Assembly (NCBI GenBank): GCA_965261975.1
Contig: CBDHEC010000005.1
Span: 1-22,190, forward strand
Reading direction: 5' to 3'
DNA: 22,190 bases
DNA from: Alphaproteobacteria bacterium
GTDB taxonomy: Bacteria; Pseudomonadota; Alphaproteobacteria; UBA6615
Shown here in pieces: positions 1 to 9,721 of this stretch. Made by a program: the position numbers and the translations under genes. Position 1 is the first letter of the stretch; each line of letters starts with the position of its first letter. Under the pieces are notes generated by a model. It did not search any database and had not been told where the DNA came from. It saw only the letters and a list, made by a program, of their open reading frames with translations.

Positions 1-1
1 G

Positions 2-1075
2 GCAGATGCGGCGCAAATGGCGCTGTTCGATTTTGCCGTGCCGAAATTCGAACTGCGGATTTACGATTCCGGCGGCAACGCACAGGCCGCGGGTGCTGCG
101 GCAACGCGCGCTCAGGCCGATGGCGCGCGGGTGGTGCTGGGCCCGCTTTTCGCGGATGCGGTGGCCGGCACGTCGAGTGTTGCCCGGCCGGCAGGAATTC
201 CGGTTATAGCGTTTTCCAATGACCGGCTGATCGCCGGTGACGGCGTCTATGCCGCCGGGTTCTCGCCCGAGGCGCAGATTGACCGGGTCGTTGCCTTCGC
301 CACGCGGCGCGGGCTCGCCCAGTTCGCGGCCCTGGTGCCGGATGACGGGTTTGGCGGGCGGATGGCGTCGATCCTGTCGGAGGTCGTGCCCCGGCGCGGC
401 GCGGCTGTTACGGCGACGGCCTTCTATCCCGGCGGTGTCGAAGCGTTGACGCAGACGGTCCGCTCGCTGGCGCGTTATGAAGAACGGGTCGAGGCGCTAG
501 AAGAGGAGCGGAAGCTCCTGGCCGAGCGCGATGATGCATTCTCGAAACGCGCGCTTGAGCGGCTGTCCACGAGGGACACGCTGGGCGAGGTCGGCTTCGA
601 GGCCTTGATGTTGCCGGTTGGCGGCGACGAGGTGCTTCAGGTCGCCCCGCTGCTGGCCTTTTTTGATGTGGATCCCCAGCAGGTCAAGCTGCTCGGCACC
701 TGGGTCTGGGACGACCCCGCGCTGGGTAAGGAACCGGCGATGCTCGGCGCCTGGTTTGCCGCACCGCCCCCCGATGCCCGCGTGCGGTTCGTCGAGCGCT
801 TTCAGGAATTGTTCGGTCGGACCCCGGACCGGCTGGCGACCCTCGCCTATGACGGGGTGGCGCTGGCGGCCGTGCTGGCGCGCGGCGATGCGCCGGACCC
901 CTATGCGCGCGCGCGGCTCGAGAACCCCGACGGCTTTGCCGGGGTGGACGGCATATTCCGCTTGACGGAAACCGGTGCGGTTGAGCGTGGGCTGGCGGTG
1001 CTGGAAGTAAGGCGCGACGCGCCGCGCGAGATCGACCCGGCGCCGACGAGCTTCGCTGTACCGGTGACGAACTAG
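2..1075 (+). CDS. Penicillin-binding protein activator, LpoA/LppC-like (periplasmic binding protein type 1 fold), 5'-truncated by the window edge
   Basis: Frame is open from base 2 (ADAAQMALFD...). Motifs VVLGPLFAD, PVIAFSND, LATLAYDGV and GFAGVDGIFRL...VERGLAVLEV are typical of alphaproteobacterial LppC-like proteins, which often lie next to hemW. Confidence 0.8.
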   Translation, partial: ADAAQMALFDFAVPKFELRIYDSGGNAQAAGAAATRAQADGARVVLGPLFADAVAGTSSVARPAGIPVIAFSNDRLIAGDGVYAAGFSPEAQIDRVVAFATRRGLAQFAALVPDDGFGGRMASILSEVVPRRGAAVTATAFYPGGVEALTQTVRSLARYEERVEALEEERKLLAERDDAFSKRALERLSTRDTLGEVGFEALMLPVGGDEVLQVAPLLAFFDVDPQQVKLLGTWVWDDPALGKEPAMLGAWFAAPPPDARVRFVERFQELFGRTPDRLATLAYDGVALAAVLARGDAPDPYARARLENPDGFAGVDGIFRLTETGAVERGLAVLEVRRDAPREIDPAPTSFAVPVTN

Positions 1076-1093
1076 ACGAAACAGAATTCGCCG

Positions 1094-2257
1094 TTACCGG
1101 TTCAGAAGGGCGTCCACGACGGCGTTCAAGCGCTGACGCCCGGCCGCGGTCGCGCCGAACCCGTCTTCGCGCCAGTCGAGATAGCCCGCGTCGACGAGGC
1201 GGTCGATGGTCGCTGGCGGGAACGTCTCGCCGGGGCTTATGCCGATCCGCTGCGTGAACTCTCCGGCGTCGATCCCCGCTGCCAGGCGAAGCCCCATCAT
1301 CACGAGCTCGGCCGTCAGGGTCTCATGCGGTAATACCGCGTCATCCTGTGTGGCATGACCCGCCTGAAGTGTTCTTTCGAGCCAGATTTCCGGGGCGCGG
1401 TGCTGGCGCGTGGCCCTGATCTGGCCATCGATTGTGATGCGGCCATGGGCACCCGGTCCTACCCCGACATAGTCGCGGTAGTGCCAATAAGTCAGGTTGT
1501 GGCGCGATTCCTGGCCGGGGGCGGCGTGGTTCGAGATTTCGTAGGCGGGCAATCCTGCCGCGGCGAGGGCGTCCTGGGTCTGCTCGAACATGGCAGCGCC
1601 CTCGGCCTCGTCCGGCAGCTGGAGGTCACCGCGCGCCTGGGCCAGGAAGAACGGCGTCCCGGCCTCGATCGTCAGCTGGTAGACCGACAGGTGGCCGCGT
1701 GTGAGTGCGAGTGCGCTGTCGAGTTCGCGCATCCATGCGTCCGGCGTCTGGCCCGGGCGGGCATACATCAAATCGAAGGAGAAACGCTCGAAGATATCGG
1801 CCGCGGTCGCGATTGCGGTGCGGGCCTCGCTGACCGCATGGGTGCGGCCGAGCGCAGACAGGGCCGCATCGTCCAGCGCCTGGACCCCGAGGCTGAGGCG
1901 GTTGACCCCCGCGTCGGCGAACCCCGCGAGAGCGGCTTGTTCCGCAGACGTCGGGTTGGCCTCCAGTGTGATTTCGAGCTCCGGGTCGTGGGTGAAAAGC
2001 TCCTGGGCCCGGGTGATGATCGCGCGCGCGGTCTCGGGCGGCATCAGGGACGGTGTGCCGCCGCCGAAGAAGATGCTCGTCAGCCGCCGCCCGGGTACGC
2101 GCGCGGCATAATGCTCTAGCTCGCGCAACAACCCGTCGCGCCACGCGCCCTGGTCGATGGTGTCGCGGACATGGCTGTTGAAATCGCAATAGGGGCATAG
2201 CGACAGGCAAAACGGCCAATGGACGTAGAGCGCGATATCGCCGGCCGGGGCGGTCAT
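1094..2257 (-). CDS. hemW: Radical SAM heme chaperone HemW (HemN-like)
   Basis: Start reassigned to ATG 2257 (MTAPAGDIALYVHWPFCLSLCPYCDFNSH). Has CxxxCxxC, SIFFGGGTPSL, EITLEANP and YEISNHA. Conserved rph-rdgB-hemW order. Confidence 0.93.
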   Translation of the reverse strand: MTAPAGDIALYVHWPFCLSLCPYCDFNSHVRDTIDQGAWRDGLLRELEHYAARVPGRRLTSIFFGGGTPSLMPPETARAIITRAQELFTHDPELEITLEANPTSAEQAALAGFADAGVNRLSLGVQALDDAALSALGRTHAVSEARTAIATAADIFERFSFDLMYARPGQTPDAWMRELDSALALTRGHLSVYQLTIEAGTPFFLAQARGDLQLPDEAEGAAMFEQTQDALAAAGLPAYEISNHAAPGQESRHNLTYWHYRDYVGVGPGAHGRITIDGQIRATRQHRAPEIWLERTLQAGHATQDDAVLPHETLTAELVMMGLRLAAGIDAGEFTQRIGISPGETFPPATIDRLVDAGYLDWREDGFGATAAGRQRLNAVVDALLNR

Positions 2258-2264
2258 GAGATTC

Positions 2265-2879
2265 TCACCTGCCGGGCGTAAAGCACGCGTCGATGAGGGC
2301 GCGAAAGGCAATCGCGCGATGGGAGATCGCGTGTTTGGCATCCGGGTCCATCTCGGCAAATGTAAGGGTGCCTCCCTGAGGCACGAAGATGGGGTCATAA
2401 CCGAAACCGCGATCGCCACGTGGCGGCCAGGCCAGCGTGCCGTCGACCCGTCCCTCGAAGACCTCGACATGTCCGTCGGGCCAGGCCAGCGCAAGTGCGC
2501 AGGTAAACCAGGCGAGGTCTTCGCCGGTGTCCGCGCTCGCCTCGTGCAGCTGCTCCATGGCCCAGTCGAAATCGCGCACGCCGTCCGCGCGTTCGGCAAA
2601 GCGGGCCGCATGGATGCCCGGCGCCCCGCCCAGTGCGGCCACGGAAAACCCGGAATCGTCTGCCAGGGCGGCCTGTCCGCTGCCATCGGCGGATGCGCGG
2701 GCCTTGAGGATGGCGTTTTCGGCGAACGTGCTGCCGGTCTCTTCCGGTTCGGGCAGGCCCAGTTCGCCCGCGCTTTGTACCGACACGGCGAACGGCGCGA
2801 GCAGGTCCGCGATCTCGGCGACCTTGCCGGCGTTATGGCTGGCGATCACCAGCCGGCTATCTTCGAAACTGCGGGCCAT
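2265..2879 (-). CDS. rdgB: dITP/XTP pyrophosphatase (Ham1 family)
   Basis: [42 protein letters not shown] and KHAISHR motifs. Confidence 0.95.
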   Translation of the reverse strand: MARSFEDSRLVIASHNAGKVAEIADLLAPFAVSVQSAGELGLPEPEETGSTFAENAILKARASADGSGQAALADDSGFSVAALGGAPGIHAARFAERADGVRDFDWAMEQLHEASADTGEDLAWFTCALALAWPDGHVEVFEGRVDGTLAWPPRGDRGFGYDPIFVPQGGTLTFAEMDPDAKHAISHRAIAFRALIDACFTPGR

Positions 2880-2906
2880 GACGCGCGGGCCTTCTCCTGG
2901 TTCCGC

Positions 2907-3641
2907 CTACTTGATCCCCAGCGCCTTGCGCTGATGGGCGAACAATTTCTCGGTGCCGTCACGCGCCAGGTCGAGCAGCCGAATGAACTGGGCGCGGGTA
3001 AAGGGGCGTTCTTCGGCAGTGCCCTGGACTTCAACGATCTGGCCGCGTTCGGTCAGCACGAAGTTGGAATCGGCCTGGGCGTTGGAATCTTCCGGATAAT
3101 CGAGATCGAGGACGGCGGTGTTCTGGTAAAGGCCGCAGGAAACCGCGGCCACGAGGTCACGCACCGGGTTCTCGGCGATGGCGCCCGACTTCACCAGCCC
3201 CTGGCAGGCGATGTGCAACGCCACGCAGGCGCCGGTGATGGCCGCGGTTCGCGTGCTCCCGTCGGCCTGGAGTACGTCGCAATCGAGCCGGATCTGTCGC
3301 TCGCCGAGCATTTCCATGTCGGTCACGGCGCGCAGGGAACGGCCGATCAGCCGCTGGATTTCCTGGGTCCGGCCGGATTGTTTGCCGCGCGCGGCCTCAC
3401 GGCCGGTCCGGGTGTGGGTCGAGCGAGGAAGCATGCCGTATTCCGCCGTCACCCAACCTTCGCCGCTGCCGCGCATCCATGGCGGGACGCGCTCCTCGAT
3501 GCTCGCGGCGCACAACACATGGGTGTTGCCGAACATCGCCAGGCAGGACCCTTCCGCGTATTTGGCCGCGCCGGGCTTGAGGCGCACCTTGCGCATTTCG
3601 TCGGGGGCGCGCCGTGAGGGGCGGATCGAGGTTTTGGGCAT
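2907..3641 (-). CDS. rph: Ribonuclease PH
   Basis: [59 protein letters not shown] and EVQGTAE motifs. Confidence 0.97.
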   Translation of the reverse strand: MPKTSIRPSRRAPDEMRKVRLKPGAAKYAEGSCLAMFGNTHVLCAASIEERVPPWMRGSGEGWVTAEYGMLPRSTHTRTGREAARGKQSGRTQEIQRLIGRSLRAVTDMEMLGERQIRLDCDVLQADGSTRTAAITGACVALHIACQGLVKSGAIAENPVRDLVAAVSCGLYQNTAVLDLDYPEDSNAQADSNFVLTERGQIVEVQGTAEERPFTRAQFIRLLDLARDGTEKLFAHQRKALGIK

Positions 3642-3759
3642 GCTGGTTCCAGTGTGGCTAGGGTCGGATGTGAGGCGGCGAAGTTAGTCTTTACGGCGGG
3701 GTTGCGTCCAGAACCGGAATCGGACGCTGGCGCGATGCTTGTTGGCCGTCACCGACGTT

Positions 3760-3788
3760 CTTGATTAGGTGCCGGGGCGTGCCTAAGT
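3760..3788 (+). promoter_or_regulatory. Putative RpoH (sigma32) promoter for hrcA-grpE
   Basis: CTTGAT-N16-CCTAAGT resembles the alphaproteobacterial RpoH consensus CTTGAA-N15/16-CCTATAT and ends 56 nt upstream of the hrcA ATG. Confidence 0.6.
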
Positions 3789-3844
3789 TCTGCGGACGTG
3801 TCGACCCTCGACTTTTGTAGCGCAAACAACGGACAATCACGGCC

Positions 3845-4888
3845 ATGAGCCGGGCGATTCCACAGCTCAATGAACGTAGCTCCGAAATTCTTCGGCAGAT
3901 CATTGACGCCTATCTGGAGACAGGTGAGGCGGTCGGGTCGCGGACCTTGTCGCGCAATCTGGGTATGGAATTGTCGCCGGCCACGATCCGCAACGTCATG
4001 GCCGACCTCCAGGATTCGGGCCTGCTGTTTTCGCCGCATGCGTCGGCGGGGCGCATTCCGACGGAGGCCGGCCTGCGCCTGTTCGTCGATGGGCTCCTCG
4101 AGGTGGGAAACCTGACCGAGGCCGAGCGCCAGACGATCGAAGTGCAATGCGCCACGGAAGGGCGCAGCGTGCAGCAGACCCTGTCCGAGGCCACCCGCGT
4201 TCTCTCCGGCCTGAGCAACTGCGCCGGGCTGGTCGTGGCACCGAAAAGCGACTCGCCACTGCGTCACATCGAATTTGTCTCTCTCGCGCCGGGCCGCGCG
4301 CTGGTCGTCCTGGTTACGGAAGACGGCAGCGTCGAGAACCGGGTCATCGAAATGCCCAGCGATATGCCGGCATCGGCGATGGTCGAGGCCTCGAACTTCC
4401 TGTCCGCGCGGATGGTCGGCAAGACCATCGACGAGGCCCAGCGGCAGATTGCGGCCGAACTCGAACTGCATCGCCGCGACCTGGATGTGGTGACCCGGAA
4501 GCTTGTCGAGGCGGGGATGGCGACCGCGACGGGCGACGGGGCCGAGGCGGCGCTGATCGTCAGCGGGGCGGAGCGCTTGCTCGACGATGTTCAGGCCGTC
4601 GAGGACCTGGAACATGTGCGCAGCCTCTATGACGCGCTTGAGACCAAGGAGTCCTGGATCAAGCTTCTGGATATGGCACGGGGCGGCGAAGGCGTGCAGA
4701 TCTTCATCGGGGCGGAGAACGAATTATTCTCGCTCGCCGGCTGCTCCGTCGTGGTGGCGCCCTATCACAACAGCGATCAGCAAATCGTCGGGGCGGTCGG
4801 CGTGATCGGTCCGACCCGGATCAACTACGCCCGGATTATTCCCGTGGTGGATTACACAGCGCAAATCGTCGGCCGCCTGGTCGGATAA
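3845..4888 (+). CDS. hrcA: Heat-inducible transcription repressor HrcA
   Basis: YLETGEAVGSRTL, LSPATIRNVMADL, PHASAGRIPT and GVIGPTRINY motifs; followed by grpE. Confidence 0.97.
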   Translation: MSRAIPQLNERSSEILRQIIDAYLETGEAVGSRTLSRNLGMELSPATIRNVMADLQDSGLLFSPHASAGRIPTEAGLRLFVDGLLEVGNLTEAERQTIEVQCATEGRSVQQTLSEATRVLSGLSNCAGLVVAPKSDSPLRHIEFVSLAPGRALVVLVTEDGSVENRVIEMPSDMPASAMVEASNFLSARMVGKTIDEAQRQIAAELELHRRDLDVVTRKLVEAGMATATGDGAEAALIVSGAERLLDDVQAVEDLEHVRSLYDALETKESWIKLLDMARGGEGVQIFIGAENELFSLAGCSVVVAPYHNSDQQIVGAVGVIGPTRINYARIIPVVDYTAQIVGRLVG

Positions 4889-4952
4889 GCGCGACAACCT
4901 CATCGTTTCGAATTACAACGACCGGCACGGACGCCGGATAGAGAGCGAACAC

Positions 4953-5666
4953 ATGAACGACGAAAAAGAAAACGGTTCCCCAGAGAGCCCGGAGACCGAG
5001 ACACCCGCGGAGGATGCCGCACCCGAGGCGCCCGAGGCGGGGCCGGCCGAACCGTCGCCGACCGACGCGGATGGGAATCGCTGGGGCGGTGGCAAACATG
5101 CCGCGCGCGTTGTCGAGCTCGAGGGCGAGGTGACGCAGCTGCGCGACCAGTTGCTGCGCGCGATGGCCGAAACCGAGAATGTGCGCAAGCGATCGGAACG
5201 ACAGGTCGAGGACGCGCATCGATATGCGGTGACCGGGTTCGCGCGCGATATTCTGTCGATCGGTGACAACCTCGAACGGGCGCTTTTCGCCGTCCCCGAA
5301 GAGCGGCGCGGCGAGCATGAGCTGCTGCAGACCGTGATCGAAGGCATGGTCGCGGTGCAGAATGATTTCCTGGGCGCGCTGGCGGCGCACAAGATCGAAC
5401 GCCTCGACCCGACGGGCGAACCGTTCGACCCCAACCTGCATGAGGCCATGTACGAAGTGCCCGACAGCGATTTGCCGAATGGCAGCGTTGCGCAGGTCAT
5501 GCAGGCCGGCTACCGGCTGCATGACCGGCTGTTGCGCCCCGCACGTGTCGGCGTTGCCAAGTCGGCGGCCCCGCCTGCGGCGCCCGAACCGGCGCCGGAA
5601 GCCGCGCCGGACCCCGCAGCCGCACCGGATACGAAGCCCGAGCCGGGATCCGAGCCGGGCGCCTGA
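4953..5666 (+). CDS. grpE: Nucleotide exchange factor GrpE
   Basis: LLRAMAETENVRKR, DNLERAL, FDPNLHEAM and GYRLHDRLLRPARVGV motifs. Confidence 0.96.
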   Translation: MNDEKENGSPESPETETPAEDAAPEAPEAGPAEPSPTDADGNRWGGGKHAARVVELEGEVTQLRDQLLRAMAETENVRKRSERQVEDAHRYAVTGFARDILSIGDNLERALFAVPEERRGEHELLQTVIEGMVAVQNDFLGALAAHKIERLDPTGEPFDPNLHEAMYEVPDSDLPNGSVAQVMQAGYRLHDRLLRPARVGVAKSAAPPAAPEPAPEAAPDPAAAPDTKPEPGSEPGA

Positions 5667-6578
5667 CTATTTTTTCGCCGTGATGGTGGGGTCGGCTGCG
5701 GTGAGCGCGCGGATATAGGCGGTCGCCAGCCCCGGCTGCTTGGCGGCGCCATAATGTTGCAACGCGACCGCGGCGAGATCGAACGCGCCATAGAGTTCGT
5801 GGGCCAGGATCGCGACCTTCAGCAAGGCATCCGGATTGTCCTGGGCCAGTCGCGAGAAGTTCGCCGTGTCGCGGAAATACAACGCGTTGCTCCAGATGAC
5901 CTGGGCGAATCCACGGTTGGGATTGTCGTCCTTGATCAGCGGGCGGAACGGCCGCGAGCCCACTCCCACCATCGTGTGAAAGGCGAAACCCTGTTCGCGC
6001 AGGAACCTGTCCACGTCGGCGAACAGCGGCTGGCCCTTGTATATCGGCAGGAAGCTGACCTCGACCTGGATCGCCGCGGTATCCGCCAGCGCCGCCGTGC
6101 CGGCCTCGAGCGCCATGAGCTCGGCGCCCTGGATGTCCAGCTTGAGAAAATCCATAGGGCGAACCTCGGCGACGTCATCGAGGCGCACGGTGTCGACGGG
6201 AATCTCCGCGCTCGGCTCGCACAGTTCCCACAGGCTGTGAAACTGTTGCATGACCGAAGGATCGGGTGCGAACAGGGAAGAGGTCATGGGTGCCGCTCCC
6301 ACATGGAGGGTGTGCGAGCCGCCATCACCCAGCGCGTGGGGGAGGTATTCCGTGTTCGGCCGGCCCGCGGCGGTGAGCTTCTTATACTCGTCGTCATTGG
6401 GCTCGAAGCCGACGAGACGGGCCGCGCCGGTGTCCACGAGGCGGGCCCAGGGCTCGGCTTCGCCGACATCCATGGCGCCGACATCGATGATCTTCAGCGC
6501 CGGTCTCGTGACGCCCTGCGTGTCCAGGAAATCGAGGATGTCGACAGGATGGGCGGGGGGCGTTGCGGGGTTGTTCAT
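5667..6578 (-). CDS. FkbM family SAM-dependent methyltransferase
   Basis: IIDVGA (SAM-binding motif I), GFEP, TVRLDD, DFLKLDIQGAEL and EVSFLPIYKGQPLF. Its ATG overlaps the upstream TGA (ATGA at 6575-6578). Confidence 0.85.
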   Translation of the reverse strand: MNNPATPPAHPVDILDFLDTQGVTRPALKIIDVGAMDVGEAEPWARLVDTGAARLVGFEPNDDEYKKLTAAGRPNTEYLPHALGDGGSHTLHVGAAPMTSSLFAPDPSVMQQFHSLWELCEPSAEIPVDTVRLDDVAEVRPMDFLKLDIQGAELMALEAGTAALADTAAIQVEVSFLPIYKGQPLFADVDRFLREQGFAFHTMVGVGSRPFRPLIKDDNPNRGFAQVIWSNALYFRDTANFSRLAQDNPDALLKVAILAHELYGAFDLAAVALQHYGAAKQPGLATAYIRALTAADPTITAKK

Positions 6579-7495
6579 GCAGGCGGGTTCTCTGTCGGTT
6601 CGGGGTTTGATTGCGGGCCGAGCATCGCGGCGTAGGGGTCATGGTCCTTGTGGTGCCGTCGGGCCTTTTCGGGATTGCCTACCGCATAGCAGTAAACGCA
6701 GCCATGGGGGCATGTTTCGTAACCGCCGATATCGCGGGCCTCGGCACACAGGCAGCCCGGCCGGGCACCCTTGATGCGCGCGCTGACGGAGGCATGTCCA
6801 AGCTTTTTTGCGACCCGGTCGAGGCGCCGCGCGTCGATACACCGGGCGACGGTGAGGCCGTCGCCAAGCTCGGGCTGGGCGCATAGCTTGAGGGTCATGC
6901 CGTTCTGTCCGGCGATTTCGTCGAGCCGGCACAACAGATCATGTTTTGCGGTTGCGTCGGGGTCTTTCCAGCCGTTCCCGTTTTCGCGCGTTGCATTGTC
7001 GAGGTTGCGCCGGGTCTTGCGGTAGATCTGGGCGAAACTGACGACGACCTCGTCGAGGTTCGCCGCCAGCGCGCCGGCGATACGTTTGAAGTTCTCGACC
7101 TGCCAGCCGATTGGCGTTGCATCGGTGATCACCACCGGGTCATAGCGCCAGACGACGGTCTGTGTCCCGTAACGCATTGAAATATCGCGTATATCGGCGA
7201 CGGCACTGTCGGTGGCGACCACCGCGCGCTCCAGCGAACGCGGATAGCCGGTGACCGTGTATTGCACCATGAAAGGGTGGGTTTTCGCGGTTCGGTCGAG
7301 TTCGTCGCGAAAAGGCTTTGCGTTTCGGGTCCAGAACACGAAGCCGTCGCAATCGTCATCGCGCAGCGAAACCCGGAATGCCTTGCCATTCCACGCGTTA
7401 CGCACATCGCACGACCCAGCCATGCGTCTGGCGCGGAACCAATCGCCGTAGAACGCCGGAATATCGGTCTTGTAGCTCGCAGAGATGATCGTCAT
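6575..7495 (-). CDS. DUF1848 family protein (radical SAM / spore photoproduct lyase-related, C-terminal Cys cluster)
   Basis: Start reassigned to ATG 7495: MTIISASYKTDIPAFYGDWF. Also FVFWTRN, VVWRYDP and C-terminal RPGCLCAEARDIGGYETCPHGCVYCYA, all characteristic of DUF1848. Confidence 0.88.
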   Translation of the reverse strand: MTIISASYKTDIPAFYGDWFRARRMAGSCDVRNAWNGKAFRVSLRDDDCDGFVFWTRNAKPFRDELDRTAKTHPFMVQYTVTGYPRSLERAVVATDSAVADIRDISMRYGTQTVVWRYDPVVITDATPIGWQVENFKRIAGALAANLDEVVVSFAQIYRKTRRNLDNATRENGNGWKDPDATAKHDLLCRLDEIAGQNGMTLKLCAQPELGDGLTVARCIDARRLDRVAKKLGHASVSARIKGARPGCLCAEARDIGGYETCPHGCVYCYAVGNPEKARRHHKDHDPYAAMLGPQSNPEPTENPPA

Positions 7496-7551
7496 GGCGT
7501 GTCGAGGCGAAATACTGGCGGCGTGCCGGGGAAAATCGCCCCAGACTAGCG

Positions 7552-7580
7552 GTTGCAGACCGGTTCCGCCCTCCCTATAT
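7552..7580 (+). promoter_or_regulatory. Putative RpoH (sigma32) promoter for dnaK-dnaJ
   Basis: GTTGCA-N16-CCTATAT; the -10 element matches the alphaproteobacterial RpoH consensus exactly; about 110 nt upstream of the dnaK ATG. Confidence 0.75.
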
Positions 7581-7689
7581 GTGCCTCGAACAGTACAGGG
7601 CTTATGAAGCAAGCCCTTCAATTTGAAATATCAGGGGCCTGTGCCGGTGCCGTTTGGGCCGGGCCGGTCTGCTGGAAAGTGAGGAACTC

Positions 7690-9651
7690 ATGGCGAAAGT
7701 AATCGGTATCGATCTCGGGACCACAAACTCTTGCGTGGCCGTTATGGACGGCGGCACGGGCAAGGTGATCGAGAATTCCGAGGGCGCACGCACGACGCCG
7801 TCGATGGTGGCCTTCTCCGACGATTCGGAGCGGCTTGTCGGCCAGGCCGCCAAACGTCAGGCGGTGACCAACCCGGAAAACACAATCTTTGCCGTCAAGC
7901 GCCTGATCGGTCGCCGGTTCGACGATCCGCTGACGGACAAGGACAAGAGCCTTGTTCCCTATGAAATTGTCGAGGGCGAGAATGGCGATGCCTGGGTCGG
8001 CGCGAGCGGCGATAAGTACAGCCCGTCGGAGATCAGCGCCTTCATCCTCCAGAAAATGAAAGAAACCGCCGAGACGTTTCTTGGCGAGACGGTCGACCAG
8101 GCCGTTATCACGGTGCCGGCCTATTTCAACGATTCCCAGCGTCAGGCCACGAAGGACGCGGGCAAGATCGCCGGCCTCGAAGTGCTGCGCATCATCAACG
8201 AGCCGACGGCGGCGGCGCTCGCCTATGGGCTTGAGAAAAAGGAAGCCGGCACGATTGCGGTCTATGACCTCGGCGGCGGTACCTTCGATATTTCCATTCT
8301 CGAAATCGGCGACGGCGTCTTCGAAGTGAAGTCGACCAATGGCGACACGTTCCTGGGCGGCGAGGATTTCGACGCGCGGATCATGGAGTATCTCGCCGAC
8401 GAGTTCAAAAAAGAGCAGAGCATCGACCTGCGCGAGGACAAGCTCGCGCTGCAGCGCCTCAAGGAAGCTGCCGAGAAGGCGAAGATCGAGCTGTCTGCCT
8501 CGACCCAGACCGAGGTCAACCTGCCGTTCATCACGGCGGACCAGGCCGGGCCGAAACATCTCAACATCAAGCTGACCCGGGCGAAGCTCGAGGCGCTGGT
8601 CGAGGATCTGGTCGCACGGACCGTCGATCCTTGTTCGGCAGCGCTGAAGGATGCGGGCCTGAAGTCGAGCGAAATCGACGAGGTGATCCTGGTCGGCGGC
8701 ATGACCCGCATGCCGAAGATCCAGGAGACGGTGAAGAATTTCTTCGGCCGTGACCCCCATCGTGGCGTGAACCCGGACGAGGTGGTCGCCATTGGTGCTG
8801 CCATTCAGGCCGGCGTGCTTGCGGGCGACGTGAAGGACGTGCTGCTGCTCGACGTGACACCGCTGTCGCTGGGCATCGAGACGCTGGGTGGCGTGTTCAC
8901 CCGCCTGATCGACCGCAACACGACGATCCCGACCAAGAAGAGCCAGGTGTTCTCGACCGCCGAGGACAACCAGCAGGCCGTGACCATTCGCGTGTTCCAG
9001 GGCGAACGCGAGATGGCCGCAGACAACAAGGTGCTCGGCCAGTTCGACCTGGTGGGTATTCCCAGCGCGCCGCGTGGGGTGCCGCAGATCGAGGTCACCT
9101 TTGATATCGATGCAAATGGCATCGTCAATGTGTCGGCCAAGGACAAGGGCACCGGCAAGGAACAGCAGATCCGTATCCAGGCGTCGGGCGGCCTGTCCGA
9201 CGACGATATCGACCGCATGGTCAAGGATGCCGAGGAACATGCTGCGGACGACAAGGCGCGGCGTGAGACGGTCGAGGCCCGCAACCAGGCCGAGACGCTC
9301 GTTCACCAGACCGAGAAGAGCCTCGAGGAGCATGGCGACAAGGTCGAGGCCGAGGTCAAGGCCGAGATCGAGGGTGATGTGGCTGCACTCAAGGAGGCAC
9401 TCGAAGGCGAGGACGCCGAGTTGGTGCAGACCAAGCTCGAGGCGCTGGTGACGTCGTCCATGAAGCTCGGGGAGGCGATCTACAAAGCCGACCAGGCAGA
9501 GGCCGAAGCGGGCATGGCCGACGGTGCCGCCGAGGGTGATGCTGCGGACGGCCCCGATGCCGGACCGGAAGAAACCATTGTCGATGCTGACTTCGAAGAG
9601 GTCGATGACGACGATGATGACGATCGCAAGGACCAGTCGTCCGCCTCGTAA
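7690..9651 (+). CDS. dnaK: Chaperone DnaK (Hsp70)
   Basis: Start at 7690 after a [48 protein letters not shown], and the C-terminal VDADFEEV motif. Confidence 0.99.
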   Translation: MAKVIGIDLGTTNSCVAVMDGGTGKVIENSEGARTTPSMVAFSDDSERLVGQAAKRQAVTNPENTIFAVKRLIGRRFDDPLTDKDKSLVPYEIVEGENGDAWVGASGDKYSPSEISAFILQKMKETAETFLGETVDQAVITVPAYFNDSQRQATKDAGKIAGLEVLRIINEPTAAALAYGLEKKEAGTIAVYDLGGGTFDISILEIGDGVFEVKSTNGDTFLGGEDFDARIMEYLADEFKKEQSIDLREDKLALQRLKEAAEKAKIELSASTQTEVNLPFITADQAGPKHLNIKLTRAKLEALVEDLVARTVDPCSAALKDAGLKSSEIDEVILVGGMTRMPKIQETVKNFFGRDPHRGVNPDEVVAIGAAIQAGVLAGDVKDVLLLDVTPLSLGIETLGGVFTRLIDRNTTIPTKKSQVFSTAEDNQQAVTIRVFQGEREMAADNKVLGQFDLVGIPSAPRGVPQIEVTFDIDANGIVNVSAKDKGTGKEQQIRIQASGGLSDDDIDRMVKDAEEHAADDKARRETVEARNQAETLVHQTEKSLEEHGDKVEAEVKAEIEGDVAALKEALEGEDAELVQTKLEALVTSSMKLGEAIYKADQAEAEAGMADGAAEGDAADGPDAGPEETIVDADFEEVDDDDDDDRKDQSSAS

Positions 9652-9661
9652 CCGGGGCAAG

Positions 9662-9721
9662 GAGAGGTTCGAACCCAGGGTCGGTATTCGTAAGCTGACC
9701 GCCCGCGGGTTCGTCCCTCTT
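9662..9721 (+). other. Extended stem-loop in the dnaK-dnaJ intergenic region
   Basis: Nested arms AGAGG/CCTCT, CGAACCC/GGGTTCG and GGTCGG/CTGACC (one G-U pair); no long U tract. Confidence 0.6.

Noticed and set aside
2258-2686. N-terminal extension of the 530-aa hemW ORF, and similar extensions of DUF1848, nth, EI24, PfkB and ZIP
   Set aside because: The extensions overlap neighbouring genes or promoters; family homology begins at downstream starts.
2256-3617. 453-aa plus-strand ORF over rdgB/rph, and similar long antisense ORFs over hrcA, dnaJ, ald and the YejA-like gene
   Set aside because: They fully overlap well-conserved genes and show no recognisable motifs; expected in high-GC DNA.
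5667-7495. Mobile element or defence island interpretation of the insert
   Set aside because: No integrase, transposase, terminal repeats or target duplication seen; composition is only slightly different from the flanks.
7496-7689. LexA box upstream of DUF1848 (also checked upstream of nth)
   Set aside because: No GTTC-N7-GTTC or GAAC-N7-GAAC match; only half sites.
7618-9660. 680-aa ORF antisense to dnaK
   Set aside because: Well-known shadow ORF opposite hsp70/dnaK genes, often mis-annotated as NAD-specific glutamate dehydrogenase; it arises from codon bias.
9664-9676. GGTTCGAACCC resembling a tRNA T-arm
   Set aside because: No cloverleaf, acceptor stem or anticodon arm; the bases pair within the intergenic hairpin.
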